Made by a program: the position numbers and the translations under genes
Source: Candidatus Zhuqueibacterota bacterium
Lineage (GTDB): Bacteria > Zhuqueibacterota > Zhuqueibacteria > Thermofontimicrobiales > Thermofontimicrobiaceae
Length of the DNA stretch: 64,000 nucleotides
NCBI GenBank assembly: GCA_049322915.1
Contig: JBMOPW010000011.1
Span: 1 to 64,000 of the forward strand
Direction of reading: 5' to 3'
Shown here: positions 44,366 through 54,399 of the stretch, in pieces
How positions within the stretch are numbered: position 1 is the first letter of the stretch
Layout of the letters: the number at the start of each line of letters is the position of its first letter
Notes under the pieces: generated by a model
Seen by the model: only the letters and a program-made list of their open reading frames with translations
Databases searched by the model: none
Told to the model about the DNA's origin: nothing

Positions 44366-46756
44366 ATGAAAAATTATCTTTTCTCCCTGGTGATTGTTGC
44401 GGTACTGATTCGAACAGTGATGGCCCAGGACTATCTGCCGGAATACAATCCGGTGTTTGAAGATTCGGTCATCGCGCAGGTATTTATAGAAATTGACCCG
44501 GATTCCCTCGCGCTCATTTTGAGCCCGGACAATCTCTACAGCGACCACGAATACCCGGCCACGTTCATTTTCGACAATGGCATCATTCGCGACACGCTGA
44601 CCCAGGTGGGATTCCGGCTGCGGGGAAACACCTCCCGCCAATCCCACAAAAAATCGTTCAAGGTCTCGTTCAACAGTTTCGAGAGCGGTCGCAAATTTTA
44701 CGACGTGGAAAAACTGAACCTGAACAGCGAGCACAACGATCCCAGCATTATCCGCTCAAAGCTGTGCTGGGATTTATTCGGGAACATGCGGGTGCCGGCG
44801 TCGCGGGCGAATCATGTCAAACTGACCATCAACGGCGAGTACTATGGGCTTTACATCAATGTCGAGCACATCGACGAAAATTTTGTCCGCTCCCGTTTCG
44901 GAAATGACGAGGGGAATTTGTACAAATGTCTTTACCCGGCCGACCTGGCCTATCAGGGCGACAATCCGGATGCGTATAAAGTTTATATCTACGGCCGGCG
45001 TATTTATGATCTGAAAACCAACACCGAGGCCGACGATTATTCCGATCTGGCTCTTCTCATCCAAACGCTGCATTCCACCGATGACTCCCAATTCCGGGCT
45101 GAAATTGAAAGGATATTCAACGTCCCCTCGTTTTTGCGGGCGCTGGCCGTGGACATTCTCACCGGAAGTTGGGATGATTACTGGTTCTGGAACAACAATT
45201 ATTACCTCTATTTCAATCAGCGAACCGGGAAATTCGAATTCATACCCTACGACTATGACAATTCCTTCGGCATCTGGTGGGACGGCATTATGCCCGGAAT
45301 CGACTGGGGCTATCGAAACGTGTACCAGTGGGGACATCCGGATCAACAGCGACCGCTGGTGACGCGCATTCTGGGCATCCAGGAATACCGCAATCGGCTC
45401 ACGTTCTATATCCGTCAGCTTGTCCAGGACTATTTCAACAGTGATTTTCTGGCTCCGGCCATCGATCGCATTCATGCCATAATCTCATCGGCAGCTGAGC
45501 AGGATACATTTCGTACGCTGGATTATGGTTTCACCATTCAGGATTTTCACAACTCGTACGAACAATCCCTGGGCGGCCATGTTCCTTATGGCGTGAAGCC
45601 GTATATTTCCACGCGCAGCCAGACGGCGCTGGATCAGCTTGAGACCGTGAACATCTCTCCCATCATTTCTGAAGTAATAATTTCTCCGGACATCCCGGTC
45701 GCAGGCCTCGATATCGCGCTCACCGCACGGATCGAAGATGAGGACAGCTATCGCTCGGTCAAAGTGGTCTATTTCATCAACAGCGTGCAGCAGCCGAGAA
45801 TGACCATGTACGACGATGGGCAGCATGGGGACGGCGCGCCCGGCGATGATATTTTTGGCGCGACCATTCCGGCGGTGAATCAATCTGCGCTCATTCAGTT
45901 TTACATCGTCGCTGCCGATCTCGCCGGCAACCAGACCGTGGAACCGTACGGCGCACCGGGTTCGATGTTTGAGATGAACATTGGCCTTTCCCAACTGAAG
46001 CTGTTCATCAATGAATTTATGGCCAGCAATAATGCAACCCTCGCCGATCCGTTCGGCGACTATGATGACTGGATTGAAATTTACAACGGCGACACCAGCG
46101 CTATCTGGCTGGGCGATAAATTTTTGACCGACAACCTCGCCAACCCTGATAAATGGGCGTTGCCGGACACGACGCTGTCCCCCGGCCAATTCCTGCTGAT
46201 CTGGGCCGATGATGAGGTCGAACAGGGCCCGCTGCACACCAGTTACAAACTCGATCGCGACAGCGAGGAGATCGGCCTGTTCGACTCCGAAGCCAACGGT
46301 TTTGCCCTGATCGATTCGGTGACCTACGGCTACCAGGTTACGGATGTTTCCATGGGACGAGTGCCTGATGGCGGCCACATCTGGCAGTCGCTGTTGCAGC
46401 CAAGCCCGGGTTATTCGAATGTCGCCACCGGCATTCAGCGTCCTGGCCCGGCTACGCCGGTTGATTTTCAATTGATGCAGAATTACCCCAATCCGTTCAA
46501 CGCCGAGACTGTGATCACGGCCCTGGCGCCGGTCGCTTCGCATCTGAGGCTGACCATCACCAATATTTTAGGCGAGCAGGTGCGCCGGATAGATGAAAAG
46601 CATTGCGCCCCGGGTGTGATTCGTTTTCGCTGGAACGGGACCGATGACGCCGGCGCGACCCTGGCTTCGGGCGTCTATTTCGCCAGACTGGAGGCGCTGG
46701 ATACGGCTGGAAATCGCATCGCATATTCAAAAATTAAAGTACTATTTATTCAGTGA
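44366..46756 (+). CDS. CotH-family kinase with lamin-tail domain and T9SS-like CTD
   Basis: GFRLRGNTSR, KKSFK, YGLYINVE, WDDY..NNYYLY, IPYDYDNSFG; LTD (INEFMASN, DWIEIYN); CTD QNYPNPFN..WNG..ASGVYF. Confidence 0.88.
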   Translation: MKNYLFSLVIVAVLIRTVMAQDYLPEYNPVFEDSVIAQVFIEIDPDSLALILSPDNLYSDHEYPATFIFDNGIIRDTLTQVGFRLRGNTSRQSHKKSFKVSFNSFESGRKFYDVEKLNLNSEHNDPSIIRSKLCWDLFGNMRVPASRANHVKLTINGEYYGLYINVEHIDENFVRSRFGNDEGNLYKCLYPADLAYQGDNPDAYKVYIYGRRIYDLKTNTEADDYSDLALLIQTLHSTDDSQFRAEIERIFNVPSFLRALAVDILTGSWDDYWFWNNNYYLYFNQRTGKFEFIPYDYDNSFGIWWDGIMPGIDWGYRNVYQWGHPDQQRPLVTRILGIQEYRNRLTFYIRQLVQDYFNSDFLAPAIDRIHAIISSAAEQDTFRTLDYGFTIQDFHNSYEQSLGGHVPYGVKPYISTRSQTALDQLETVNISPIISEVIISPDIPVAGLDIALTARIEDEDSYRSVKVVYFINSVQQPRMTMYDDGQHGDGAPGDDIFGATIPAVNQSALIQFYIVAADLAGNQTVEPYGAPGSMFEMNIGLSQLKLFINEFMASNNATLADPFGDYDDWIEIYNGDTSAIWLGDKFLTDNLANPDKWALPDTTLSPGQFLLIWADDEVEQGPLHTSYKLDRDSEEIGLFDSEANGFALIDSVTYGYQVTDVSMGRVPDGGHIWQSLLQPSPGYSNVATGIQRPGPATPVDFQLMQNYPNPFNAETVITALAPVASHLRLTITNILGEQVRRIDEKHCAPGVIRFRWNGTDDAGATLASGVYFARLEALDTAGNRIAYSKIKVLFIQ

Positions 46757-46796
46757 AATATTCAGACGCAACATCAGCAAAGAAAAGGATGGTGTG

Positions 46797-48569
46797 ATGC
46801 CACGAAATCATTCAATGAAGTTCTTTTTCAAACTGATTCTCTCGTTTCTTCTGCTCATATTTTGCTCCGTCAATTCCGCCAGTGGCCAGAGCGCGGTCAA
46901 CTTTGCCGGGCACATGCACTCACTGGAAAAATCCATCGGCGGCCGCATTGGCATCGCGGCCCGAAATCTCCGCACCGGCGAGACCCTGGCCTATAAATCC
47001 GAAGAGAAATTTCCCTCGGCCAGCGTCATCAAAGTGCCGGTGATGGTCGAATATTTTTATCAGGTCGCCGAAGGCAAAATTTCACCTGCGCAAAAAATGA
47101 AGCTCGACGAGTCCAATAAATTCGGGGGTTCAGGTCTGTACCAGTACTTCTTCGGCGCAACCGAGCAGCAACTCATCGATGCGGTGAGCATGATGATCAT
47201 CGTCAGCGACAATACAGCCACCAATCTTGTCCTTGACGCGCTGGGCAGCACGCACGAGGAAAAACTGGCCGCAGTGAACGAACGCATGAAGAGCCTCGGC
47301 TTGAAGGACACCCGCCTGCTCAACAAACTGATGTCGTGGCCGACAAAGACCAACGCGCCGGAGTCGATTCGCTACGGCGTGGGGGTCACAACGCCGCAGG
47401 ACATGGTCATGCTGATGGAGAAAATGTACACCTGCCAGTTGGCCGATTCCAGCGTCTGCCGGCAGATGATCGACATGTTGGCGAAGCAGGAATATAACGA
47501 CATGATCCCGCGGTTGTTGCCGTTCGAGTCAGCGCCGGCATTGCGCGTGGCCCATAAAACGGGCAGCGTCACCGGCGTGGCCAATGACATCGGGCTGATT
47601 CTCTCGCCCAACGCCGATATTGCCATTGCGATCTTCTGCGACCAGATTCAGGACAGGCGCGAAAGTTCGGAGAATAGCGGGGTAATGGCGGCGGCCCAGG
47701 CTGCGCGCCTGGTTTGGAATCACTTCACCGGCGCGAATGGCGTTGACCGGCCGGCAGCGTACCGCGTCGACTGGAGCAGCTTTCCCGGCGGTGAATGGAC
47801 GCGCATTTTTCTGACTCACGGCTTGTTCCCCCATCCGGCGCGGATGAGCGGCCATCGCTATCAGGAGACATTTTTCCCGGCCGACCCGCATTATCTGGAC
47901 AGCAGCGCGGTGATTTTTGTGCCGAAAGGCTTTTACGAAACCGACCGCGGCGTCGATGTCATCGTGCATTTTCACGGTTGGAACAACGATGTGCTGAATG
48001 TGATGGAAAAATTCGATCTGTTTCAACAACTCATTGCCTCGCAGAAAAATGCCATTCTCGTTCTGGCGCAGGGACCCTATCGGGCATCGGACTCCCACGG
48101 CGGAACCATGGAAGACGCGGATGGATTGAAGCGCTTCATCGATGAGATCGTTCTGATTCTGAAAAACGAGCGGCGCATTGTCCAGCCCCGGGCGGGCAAC
48201 GTCATCCTCTCAGCCCACAGCGGCGGCTATCGCCCGGCAATTTTCTCCGTGGAACGAGGCGGACTGTCGGAGCGCATTGCCGAGGTTTTTCTCTTCGACG
48301 CTTTTTACGGCGAGACCGAGCGGCTCATTCCCTGGCTGCTCAGCGACAAAGGCCATCGGTTGCGGAGCATTTACACCGAACATCTTGCGCCGGAACATCA
48401 CCAATTCATGAAGCTGCTGGACAAAGCCAATCTGAAATTTGGCAATCAGTTCAAGACGAAGGACAGGATTACGCTCTCGCCCACAGATGTCTCGCACAAC
48501 GATGTCATTTTGGGTACATTTCAGCAATGGTTGGAAGGCAGTTGCCTGCCGAATCGGAAGCCGCAGTGA
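46797..48569 (+). CDS. Class A beta-lactamase-like serine hydrolase fused to an alpha/beta-hydrolase-like domain
   Basis: SVIK (SxxK), SDN and HKTG motifs; second domain with IVHFHGW, AHSGGY and LFDAFYG; signal peptide. Confidence 0.8.
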   Translation: MPRNHSMKFFFKLILSFLLLIFCSVNSASGQSAVNFAGHMHSLEKSIGGRIGIAARNLRTGETLAYKSEEKFPSASVIKVPVMVEYFYQVAEGKISPAQKMKLDESNKFGGSGLYQYFFGATEQQLIDAVSMMIIVSDNTATNLVLDALGSTHEEKLAAVNERMKSLGLKDTRLLNKLMSWPTKTNAPESIRYGVGVTTPQDMVMLMEKMYTCQLADSSVCRQMIDMLAKQEYNDMIPRLLPFESAPALRVAHKTGSVTGVANDIGLILSPNADIAIAIFCDQIQDRRESSENSGVMAAAQAARLVWNHFTGANGVDRPAAYRVDWSSFPGGEWTRIFLTHGLFPHPARMSGHRYQETFFPADPHYLDSSAVIFVPKGFYETDRGVDVIVHFHGWNNDVLNVMEKFDLFQQLIASQKNAILVLAQGPYRASDSHGGTMEDADGLKRFIDEIVLILKNERRIVQPRAGNVILSAHSGGYRPAIFSVERGGLSERIAEVFLFDAFYGETERLIPWLLSDKGHRLRSIYTEHLAPEHHQFMKLLDKANLKFGNQFKTKDRITLSPTDVSHNDVILGTFQQWLEGSCLPNRKPQ

Positions 48570-48575
48570 TGGATA

Positions 48576-48610
48576 AAAAAAATCCCCGGCGAAGCAGGAC
48601 GCCGGGGAGA
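48576..48610 (-). terminator. Intrinsic terminator between convergent genes
   Basis: TCCCCGGCG-loop-CGCCGGGGA stem with an A-tract on the plus strand (U-tract for the csp transcript). Confidence 0.7.
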
Positions 48611-48632
48611 TACGCAGCGGTGAATCGTTTTG

Positions 48633-48836
48633 CTATCGGTTAACGGAAACGTTTGTCGCTTGCAAACCTTTGTCTGTCTCTTCAACCTCGAATTGAACAC
48701 TATCGCCCTGGCGCAGCGTTTTATAGCCTTCCGCCTGGATAGATTTGAAATGAACAAAAACGTCATCCCCAGATTCTCTCTGGATAAAACCATAGCCCTT
48801 GGAAGCGTTGAACCACTTCACTGTTCCTTTTTCCAT
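48633..48836 (-). CDS. cspA: Cold-shock protein
   Basis: [28 protein letters not shown]. Confidence 0.93.
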   Translation of the reverse strand: MEKGTVKWFNASKGYGFIQRESGDDVFVHFKSIQAEGYKTLRQGDSVQFEVEETDKGLQATNVSVNR

Positions 48837-49220
48837 CAAGTCAATCCCTCAAATTTAAATGATACAATTGTACAGCACCACTTTTCACCCGTCTCATCCA
48901 TCACGATCAGATCACATCCGTCAACTCGTTTAATGATAGAGAGATAATGAAAGCCGGTCAGATCGAATTACGGCTAAAGATAAAATAAATATTTTTAAAA
49001 GTCAAGATTTTTTCCTATTTTTTAATGATTGTCGTATGATTTGAATGGCATCCAAATTAAACTAACGACGCGATCAGAGTTTTTTTCCCAAAGAATCAGG
49101 ATTTTCGACTGTCAAATTCGTTGCCAATCGTGATTTGCCGGTTCAGCCGCGCGCTCTGAAAAAACCAGCAATGATCTCTTGAATCCTTCAGGTTAAATGC
49201 GGCCGGTTGCATAATTTCGT

Positions 49221-49249
49221 TTGACATTCCTCGGTTTGTTTGTTATATT
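49221..49249 (+). promoter_or_regulatory. Sigma70-type promoter
   Basis: TTGACA, 17-bp spacer ending TGT, then TATATT. Confidence 0.65.
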
Positions 49250-49297
49250 CTCTGCAACTGTAACTCGACAATTCCAACTCAAACTCAAGGACCTCCC

Positions 49298-49822
49298 ATG
49301 ATCTCAATCGCTCCGAAAGATCTGAAGATTCATCCGGTTGACCTGTGGCTCAATCAGTGGTTGCTGTTGACAGTCGGAGATAGACACGCGTTCAATACCA
49401 TGACTGTTGCCTGGGGCAGCATCGGCGGCATGTGGCAAAAGCCATTCGTCCAGGTGGTTGTCCGGCCAACGCGGCACACATTCAAATTCATTGAAAAATA
49501 TTCGACGTTCACGCTCTGCGCCTTTTCAGAAAGCCATCGCAAAGCATTGGCCTATCTGGGCACCAAATCAGGCCGAGACGGCAACAAAATTCAGGAATCG
49601 GGCCTGACCATCATCGATTCCCACGCGGTGGATGCGCCTTCATTCAAAGAGGCGGAGCTGATTCTGGAATGCAAAAAAATTTACTGGCAGGATATGAACC
49701 CCCACAATTTCATTGACACTGCCATTCACAGAAACTACCCGGCCAAGGACTATCATCGCATTTACTTCGGCGAAATTGTCTACGTCCTGGCGGACGATTC
49801 TTTCAAAAATTCACCCGAATGA
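49298..49822 (+). CDS. Flavin reductase-like FMN-binding protein
   Basis: FNTMTVAWG, VRPTRHT, GTKSGRDGNK, YHRIYFGEI. Confidence 0.88.
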   Translation: MISIAPKDLKIHPVDLWLNQWLLLTVGDRHAFNTMTVAWGSIGGMWQKPFVQVVVRPTRHTFKFIEKYSTFTLCAFSESHRKALAYLGTKSGRDGNKIQESGLTIIDSHAVDAPSFKEAELILECKKIYWQDMNPHNFIDTAIHRNYPAKDYHRIYFGEIVYVLADDSFKNSPE

Positions 49823-49839
49823 TGATGTGGGAAAACGCC

Positions 49840-52362
49840 ATGAATACGTTCAAGTTTCGATTATTCGCTCTCATCTTTTCTGCGACGATGCTTTGGTGCA
49901 GCAACCACGCCGGTCACTCGCAGAGCTGGATTCGGATCAATCAACTGGGTTATGTACCGGCATCGATCAAAGTCGCGGTGCTCGTGAGCAAGGATGACAT
50001 TGACTGCGCGCGTTTCTCGCTTCACGATGCAGCAACGAAACAGGAGGTCTGGTCTTCCAATTCAGTGCAGGCCGCCGGCGGATACGGTCCGTTCGTTCGT
50101 ACCTTTCGGCTCGATTTCTCCCGGTTCGATCAACCTGGCGACTATTACATTAAAACCAACGCCGCCGCATCGCCGGTCTTCCCCATTGGCGCGGATGTCT
50201 ACGCCGGCGCCGCCGATTTTCTTCTCCTGTACATGCGTCAGCAGCGCTGCGGATTCAATCCATTTTTGAACGACTCCTGCCACACGCACGATGGGTTCAC
50301 CATTTACGGGCCCATACCGGACGGCACGCCCATCGATGCCATCGGCGGCTGGCATGATGCCGGCGATTATCTGCAGTACGTGACAACCTCGGCCAACGCG
50401 ACCTACCACCTGCTGTTTGCCTATCGGGAGAACCCGGCGTCGTTCGGCGATGAGTTTTCAGCTAATGGCCTTCCCGGTAAAAATGGCCTGGCCGATGTGC
50501 TGGACGAGGCCAAATGGGGCCTGGATTGGCTGCTCAAAATGCATCCGCGCGAAGATTGGATGTTCAACCAAATTGCCGACGACCGCGACCACGCCGGTTG
50601 GCGGCTGCCAAACCAGGATACCACAAAATACGGAGTCGTGGGCCTGGCGCGGCCGGTGTATTTCTGCAATGGTCAGCCTCAGGGGCTGTTTCGATATAAA
50701 AATAGAACCACAGGCGCTGCGTCCACTGCTGGAAAATTCGCGGCAGCGTTTGCCCTGGGCGCTGAGATTTTCAGTGAAATCGATCCGGACTATGCCCGGC
50801 ACTTGGCCACGAAGGCAGCATCGGCCTATCGTTTCGGCGAGGCCAGGCCCGGCGTCTGCCAGACCGCACCCTGTCGCGCCCCGTATTTTTACGAAGAAGA
50901 CAACTGGGTCGATGATATGGAATTAGGTGCTGCGGCTCTCTTTGCATTGACGGAGCAGCCGGCATATTTCGACGATGCACTGAATTTCAGTCGCGACGAA
51001 CGAGTCACTCCCTGGATGGGCGCGGACACTGCCCGGCATTATCAGTGGTATCCCTTCATGAATCTCGGCCATTTTGAATTGGCCCGCAATGCATCGGAAG
51101 CGACCCGCACCGAACTGGCTGAAAATTATCAGGAGGGCCTGCGACGAACCTACGCCCGCGGGAAAGATAATCCGTTTCTGATGGGCGCGCCATTCATCTG
51201 GTGCTCGAATAACCTGGTTGTTGCCCTGGCGACGCAATGCAATCTGTATCATCGATTGACCGGGGACAGCACGTATCTCGAAATGGAGGCTGCGCTGCGC
51301 GATTGGCTGTTCGGCGCAAATCCCTGGGGCGTGAGCATGGTCATCGGACTGCCCACCAGCGGGACGTACGCCCATGATTCCCATTCCGCCTTCTCCAATC
51401 TGCACGGCTATCCCGTGGACGGTGGATTACTGGACGGGCCGGTGTACGGCAGCATTTTTCGCAGCCTGAAATATGTGGCGCTTCGCGAGACCGACGAATA
51501 CGCGCCGTTCCAGTCGGATCTGGTCGTCTATCACGATGATGTCGGAGACTATGCGACCAATGAAGCGACCATGGATGGAACCGCGACGCTTGTTCCGTAT
51601 CTCGCTGCGCTGGACGCACAGGGACGATTTGCAACTCCCGGCCGCCAGCAGCGTCGCGAATATCAATTCAGCCACGGCGCGATCATTCGCGGCGACACCA
51701 CCCAAAAGGCGTTGGCGCTGGTCTTCACCGGCGATGAGTTTGCCGATGGCGGCGACACCATTCGGGCCGTGCTGAAAAGGCATGGGGCGCCTGCGTCCTT
51801 CTTCTTCACCGGGAATTTCTACCGGAATCCGGCCTTCGCGCCTTTAATTCATCAATTGAACCAGGACGGTCATCTGCTCGGGCCGCATTCGGACCGGCAT
51901 CTGCTCTATTGCGACTGGGACAATCGCGACAGCCTGCTCGTCACCCGGCGCCAGTTCGAAACCGATATGAAGACCAATCTGCGCGCCATGCAGCAACTGG
52001 GAATTCCCTCGGCGCAGCGCCAATATTTCATCCCCCCTTTTGAATGGTACAACGCCACCATCAGTCGCTGGGCGCAGCAGATGGGGCTGATCCTGTTCAA
52101 TTTTACGCCGGGCACATTGTCCCACGCGGATTGGACTTATCCCCAACTCGGGCGCGGCTATGCGACTGCCGATCACATTTTCGACAGCATTCTTTCATTC
52201 GAAAAAAAACAGCCGCAGGGTCTTAACGGATTCATTCTGCTGAGCCACATCGGCGCAGATCCCCGTCGTCCGGATAAATTCTACCACCATCTCGATGCGC
52301 TTCTTCGCCATCTTTCCGAACGCGGTTATGCCTTCAAACGCATTGACGCGCTGATTGATTAA
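49840..52362 (+). CDS. Glycoside hydrolase family 9 (CelD-N Ig + GH9) fused to a CE4 polysaccharide deacetylase
   Basis: IRINQLGY, GGWHDAGDY, TNEATMDGTA; C-terminal ALVFTGD, FFFTG, GPHSDRH, PPFEWYN and ILLSH. Confidence 0.85.
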   Translation: MNTFKFRLFALIFSATMLWCSNHAGHSQSWIRINQLGYVPASIKVAVLVSKDDIDCARFSLHDAATKQEVWSSNSVQAAGGYGPFVRTFRLDFSRFDQPGDYYIKTNAAASPVFPIGADVYAGAADFLLLYMRQQRCGFNPFLNDSCHTHDGFTIYGPIPDGTPIDAIGGWHDAGDYLQYVTTSANATYHLLFAYRENPASFGDEFSANGLPGKNGLADVLDEAKWGLDWLLKMHPREDWMFNQIADDRDHAGWRLPNQDTTKYGVVGLARPVYFCNGQPQGLFRYKNRTTGAASTAGKFAAAFALGAEIFSEIDPDYARHLATKAASAYRFGEARPGVCQTAPCRAPYFYEEDNWVDDMELGAAALFALTEQPAYFDDALNFSRDERVTPWMGADTARHYQWYPFMNLGHFELARNASEATRTELAENYQEGLRRTYARGKDNPFLMGAPFIWCSNNLVVALATQCNLYHRLTGDSTYLEMEAALRDWLFGANPWGVSMVIGLPTSGTYAHDSHSAFSNLHGYPVDGGLLDGPVYGSIFRSLKYVALRETDEYAPFQSDLVVYHDDVGDYATNEATMDGTATLVPYLAALDAQGRFATPGRQQRREYQFSHGAIIRGDTTQKALALVFTGDEFADGGDTIRAVLKRHGAPASFFFTGNFYRNPAFAPLIHQLNQDGHLLGPHSDRHLLYCDWDNRDSLLVTRRQFETDMKTNLRAMQQLGIPSAQRQYFIPPFEWYNATISRWAQQMGLILFNFTPGTLSHADWTYPQLGRGYATADHIFDSILSFEKKQPQGLNGFILLSHIGADPRRPDKFYHHLDALLRHLSERGYAFKRIDALID

Positions 52363-52562
52363 CCGACTTTTCCAAGACCGCTTTTCAAAATCTTGATTGT
52401 TATTTCTTGCTGGCCGCTTCCCCTCCTGTTATTTTTTTCAGCCGAATGTCGACATTGATAATAGTGCTCCTTCTTCTTGTACGGTCTGGACAGACAGCCC
52501 TGACCGATTTTTTCGCTGAGCTGCACCTCATTTTAAAAACGGATTCCCGGAGCGTTTTTGCC

Positions 52563-53837
52563 ATGGAGAAAAAACAACGCATCCTTGTCATCGATAATGA
52601 CCTGCATTTCATCCATACAATTCAAAAATATTTTGCTGTTGATTATACTGTAAAAACAGCATCGACTGAAAGCGAGGCGCTGTCCGGCGTCGGCGAATTC
52701 GCGCCTGATTTGATATTCATCAGCCTCTCCGCGCCGGAATTCGATGGCTTCAGCATCTGCCGGCAACTGAAAAATAGAAGGGCTTCATCAAACACCCCGA
52801 TCATTTTCGTCTCGGACCACGTTCAACTGGATGAGAAAATGAAGTGCTTCATGTCAGGCGGGATCGATTACCTCATCAAGCCTGTGGAGCAAAGCGAAAT
52901 CAACCTGCGCATCAAGACCCATCTGGAATTGAAAAATGCCCATGAGTCGGTTCAATTGTACAATCAAAAACTGAAGGAGTTGCTGGAGGAACGCACCAGG
53001 GATTTGATCAGGAGCGAGCGTCAGTCCGCAATTTGCCTGATGATTCAGGGCATCATCCACAATTTGAGAAATCCGATGGTTGGCATTCTCGGACATGCGG
53101 AGTTCATCCGAACCAGCGCCGGCGCGTTCACGAAAACGCTGGAGCGCGGCGAGCGACCCAATTCCAACGAGTGCATCCGCGTGATGGATGGGCTGATTGC
53201 TGACGCCGACTCCGTTATTACCGCCGCGAACCTGTTGAATCGCATGATCGATTCGCTGATGGTGAAGAGCCGCTCAGACAAACGCACAGAGATTGAATCC
53301 ATTGATTTGAATGAACTGCTGATGAATGAACTGGAGTTTCTCACTGCGGATTTGAAATTTAAACATTTCATCAACAAGGAAATTCACCTGAGTCCCAATC
53401 CATTATGGGTGAATGTGGTGGTCTCCGAAATTTCCCAGGTTTTTCAGAATATTTTGAGGAATGCTATCCAGGCGCTGTGGCAGAAAAAATCGGCCGCCAT
53501 TGTCATCGAGTCCGGAGGCGACGATAGCCGAGTCTGGTTCTCGGTGGCGGATAATGGCGTGGGGATCTCGCATAAAATCATCGACAGGATTTTCGATCCG
53601 TTTTTCACGACCAAACCGGCTCCGTGCGGCGTGGATTCACTCAGACCCCATGGCACCGGGCTGGGTTTGTATTCCTGTCTGGAAATTTTGAAATCCTACC
53701 GCGGCGAAATCAAAGTCGCGTCAGAGGAAGGACAGGGCGCGACATTCACCGTGTTTCTTCCGCACGCCAGCGATGAGCTCTCGCATCCCGCTGTGATTGG
53801 CGCCGATGCACTGGTGACAACCGCCCATTCCGAATGA
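52563..53837 (+). CDS. Hybrid receiver-histidine kinase
   Basis: REC fold (ILVIDND..DYLIKP), H-box HNLRNP, N-box NILRNA, DNGVG, FDPFFTTK, GTGLGL. Confidence 0.88.
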   Translation: MEKKQRILVIDNDLHFIHTIQKYFAVDYTVKTASTESEALSGVGEFAPDLIFISLSAPEFDGFSICRQLKNRRASSNTPIIFVSDHVQLDEKMKCFMSGGIDYLIKPVEQSEINLRIKTHLELKNAHESVQLYNQKLKELLEERTRDLIRSERQSAICLMIQGIIHNLRNPMVGILGHAEFIRTSAGAFTKTLERGERPNSNECIRVMDGLIADADSVITAANLLNRMIDSLMVKSRSDKRTEIESIDLNELLMNELEFLTADLKFKHFINKEIHLSPNPLWVNVVVSEISQVFQNILRNAIQALWQKKSAAIVIESGGDDSRVWFSVADNGVGISHKIIDRIFDPFFTTKPAPCGVDSLRPHGTGLGLYSCLEILKSYRGEIKVASEEGQGATFTVFLPHASDELSHPAVIGADALVTTAHSE

Positions 53838-53988
53838 TAACTGAGCGCCATCCGGCCGACCGATCATCTGCTTTAAAAACGCTCTGTCCGATGGTGATTC
53901 AACCGCTGATCCATGATGGCTGAATTCACTCATAATTTGAATGACCAGTTGAAAGCATGTTCAATAAATTTCTGACATTTTTATATCT

Positions 53989-54012
53989 GGAGTGGACGGT
54001 CGCGACCGTCCA
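53989..54012. repeat. REP-like palindrome
   Basis: GGAG followed by the perfect 20-bp palindrome TGGACGGTCGCGACCGTCCA. Confidence 0.55.
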
Positions 54013-54097
54013 ATACCCGTATGTCCTATAATAATATAGGTGCCAAAATTTTAACTGGTCATACGTATTTTTAGTTGAACAACAGGACTGTAAAAAC

Positions 54098-54125
54098 ATT
54101 AAAGCCCGTCTGCACGGGCTTTAAT
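54098..54125. terminator. Probable bidirectional terminator
   Basis: Perfect 12-bp stem ATTAAAGCCCGT-CTGC-ACGGGCTTTAAT between convergent genes. Confidence 0.65.
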
Positions 54126-54399
54126 TGTTCTGGGACAAAAGTAATGTTGGTGAAACACGGAACAGATTATATTGAGGAGGACAACACGTTACATACTTTC
54201 CTTGAAACTACTCAGGTGTTCACTATTTTGAGATGCAATGGATGCCGCTGAAGCGGCTGAATTCTTCAGCGCGCAACTACTATCCCAATGCTGAAGCATG
54301 GCGCTGGTTCAAAATTGTACCAACAACACGATGTATTGTGGTGTTAAACAGCCAACCCGCCAGTTGACCAGCAAATTCCGGAATACGTGCGCCGAGTAA

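Noticed and set aside
46797..47750. Antibiotic-resistance beta-lactamase call
   Set aside because: The omega-loop ExxLN motif is not evident; only the fold-level assignment is supported.
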